DNA of 64,000 nucleotides, taken from the NCBI GenBank assembly GCA_965223905.1, contig CBDCXV010000001.1:1056001-1120000 (forward strand). Direction: 5' to 3'. The stretch is from Candidatus Latescibacterota bacterium (GTDB lineage Bacteria > Latescibacterota > UBA2968 > UBA8231). Both the position numbers and the translations under genes were made by a program. Positions 63,011-64,000 of this stretch are shown here, one piece after another; positions within the stretch are counted from its first letter, which is position 1; each line of letters starts with the position of its first letter. A model generated the notes under the pieces. It was not told the origin of the DNA. It searched no databases and saw only the letters and a program-made list of their open reading frames with translations.

Positions 63011-63790
63011 TCAGGTCAGGCTGGAGCGCTCGTGGCTCGGGCCCTTGAGGAAGGGCCGCATGGTGCGCAGCTTGTCCCGCAGGCGGGCGGCCTCTTCGAA
63101 GTTTTCCGCCTCTACCGCTACGTTGAGATCCCTTTCGAGCTGTTCTCGATGCGAGAGCGGCCGCTCCTTTTCCAGCTCTTCGTGCCAGTCGCGGAGGAAG
63201 GAGAGCTCGGGGAAGTCCTCTTCGATCGTTTCGCCTTCCCACTCGGCCATGAAACCCTCGATGCGCTCGATTCCGCGCTCTACTTCGCGCAGGGCGGAGC
63301 GGTAATCCTCTCTGTCGAGGGCCAGCATCGCCTTGGCCCTCGCCTGCATCATGATGGCGTGCGGGTAATACTGCTCGAAGTACCACTTGACTTCGTCGCT
63401 GGCCGCCCGCTGTTGAACGAGGTCGAAGATATCGAGGTTGTGCCCGGTGTCTTCGATGACCCCGGCGTAATCTTCGAGGTAAAAGAGACTGAGATAGCGC
63501 TGGTAGTACTGCCACGCCTCCTGAAACAGTTCTTCGCAAGCCTCGTCATCCAGCTCCGGATTGCCTGCGCCGGCTTCTTTGCCGGACCCGTTCCCGTAAT
63601 GCTCGAGAAGGGAGCCCGAGCCGAAAGGCCGCTGGCCGTCTGGACGCCCCGCAACCTCGAGCTGAAGCATGCCCATGTCGATCCTGATCTGGATCTTTTC
63701 GGAGCCGTCTTTGGCGATAATCCTGCGCGCGATGAACTCATCGGGATCAAAGGGCCAACTGTTCAACAGGTCACCGATGTCGTATTTCAT
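63011..63790 (-). CDS. UvrB/UvrC-motif-containing hypothetical protein
   Basis: C-terminal AVEAENFEEAARLRDKL; N-terminal IQIRIDMGMLQLEVAGRPDG. Confidence 0.8.
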   Translation of the reverse strand: MKYDIGDLLNSWPFDPDEFIARRIIAKDGSEKIQIRIDMGMLQLEVAGRPDGQRPFGSGSLLEHYGNGSGKEAGAGNPELDDEACEELFQEAWQYYQRYLSLFYLEDYAGVIEDTGHNLDIFDLVQQRAASDEVKWYFEQYYPHAIMMQARAKAMLALDREDYRSALREVERGIERIEGFMAEWEGETIEEDFPELSFLRDWHEELEKERPLSHREQLERDLNVAVEAENFEEAARLRDKLRTMRPFLKGPSHERSSLT

Positions 63791-63809
63791 CTCTGTTCGA
63801 CCTTCGCGC

Positions 63810-63851
63810 CTTGCGTGGATTTTCGCCACACTTGCGTGGATTTTCGCCACA
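63810..63851. repeat. Perfect 21-bp tandem duplication
   Basis: CTTGCGTGGATTTTCGCCACA x2, 19 nt upstream of the 63790 start. Confidence 0.92.
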
Positions 63852-64000
63852 GTGGCTGGGAAAATTTCAGGTGAATATAGCGTACGCTCCGGTGCTACGC
63901 TACGATGCCGGCCCTCGATTTTCCCGGCGGACATCCTCGATATCACGCCTGCAAACGGTGGCCGTGGGCAGTAATTTCCCGGCTTTCAAACGCGGAAAGA

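Overview
High-GC bacterial chromosomal window, mostly housekeeping genes. The gene repertoire and secreted-protein style suggest an FCB-group lineage such as Latescibacterota (inference only). In order: pyruvate dehydrogenase (lpdA partial, aceF, aceE); a DUF4159-like membrane protein; an alanine/glycine:cation symporter; a fabF-bioBAFD operon; nqrABCDEFM followed by the F1Fo atp operon; a prenyltransferase, ECF sigma, SEC-C protein, rmlC, pyrE-like gene, smc, gatC, pyrG, lptC/A-like fusion, lptB, rpoN, comDE-like pair, birA, fabI, a GHMP kinase, a FleS/FleR-like sigma54 two-component pair, SDR, short purH and dapAB. The main anomaly is a ~5 kb lower-GC, integrase-less island between atpA and atpG. 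It is bounded by a duplicated piece of the atpA 3' end and carries two secreted proteins. One is an M6-like metalloprotease cleanly split by an IS1380 element (17-bp IRs, 4-bp TSD). Other signals: the same ACAGGACAC repeat triplicated just upstream of two unrelated genes, FabF replacing BioC/BioH in the biotin operon, an inverted sigma54 site beside the rpoN promoter, and a G10 tract. No rRNA, tRNA or CRISPR array was seen. All calls come from reading motifs by eye; no searches were run.
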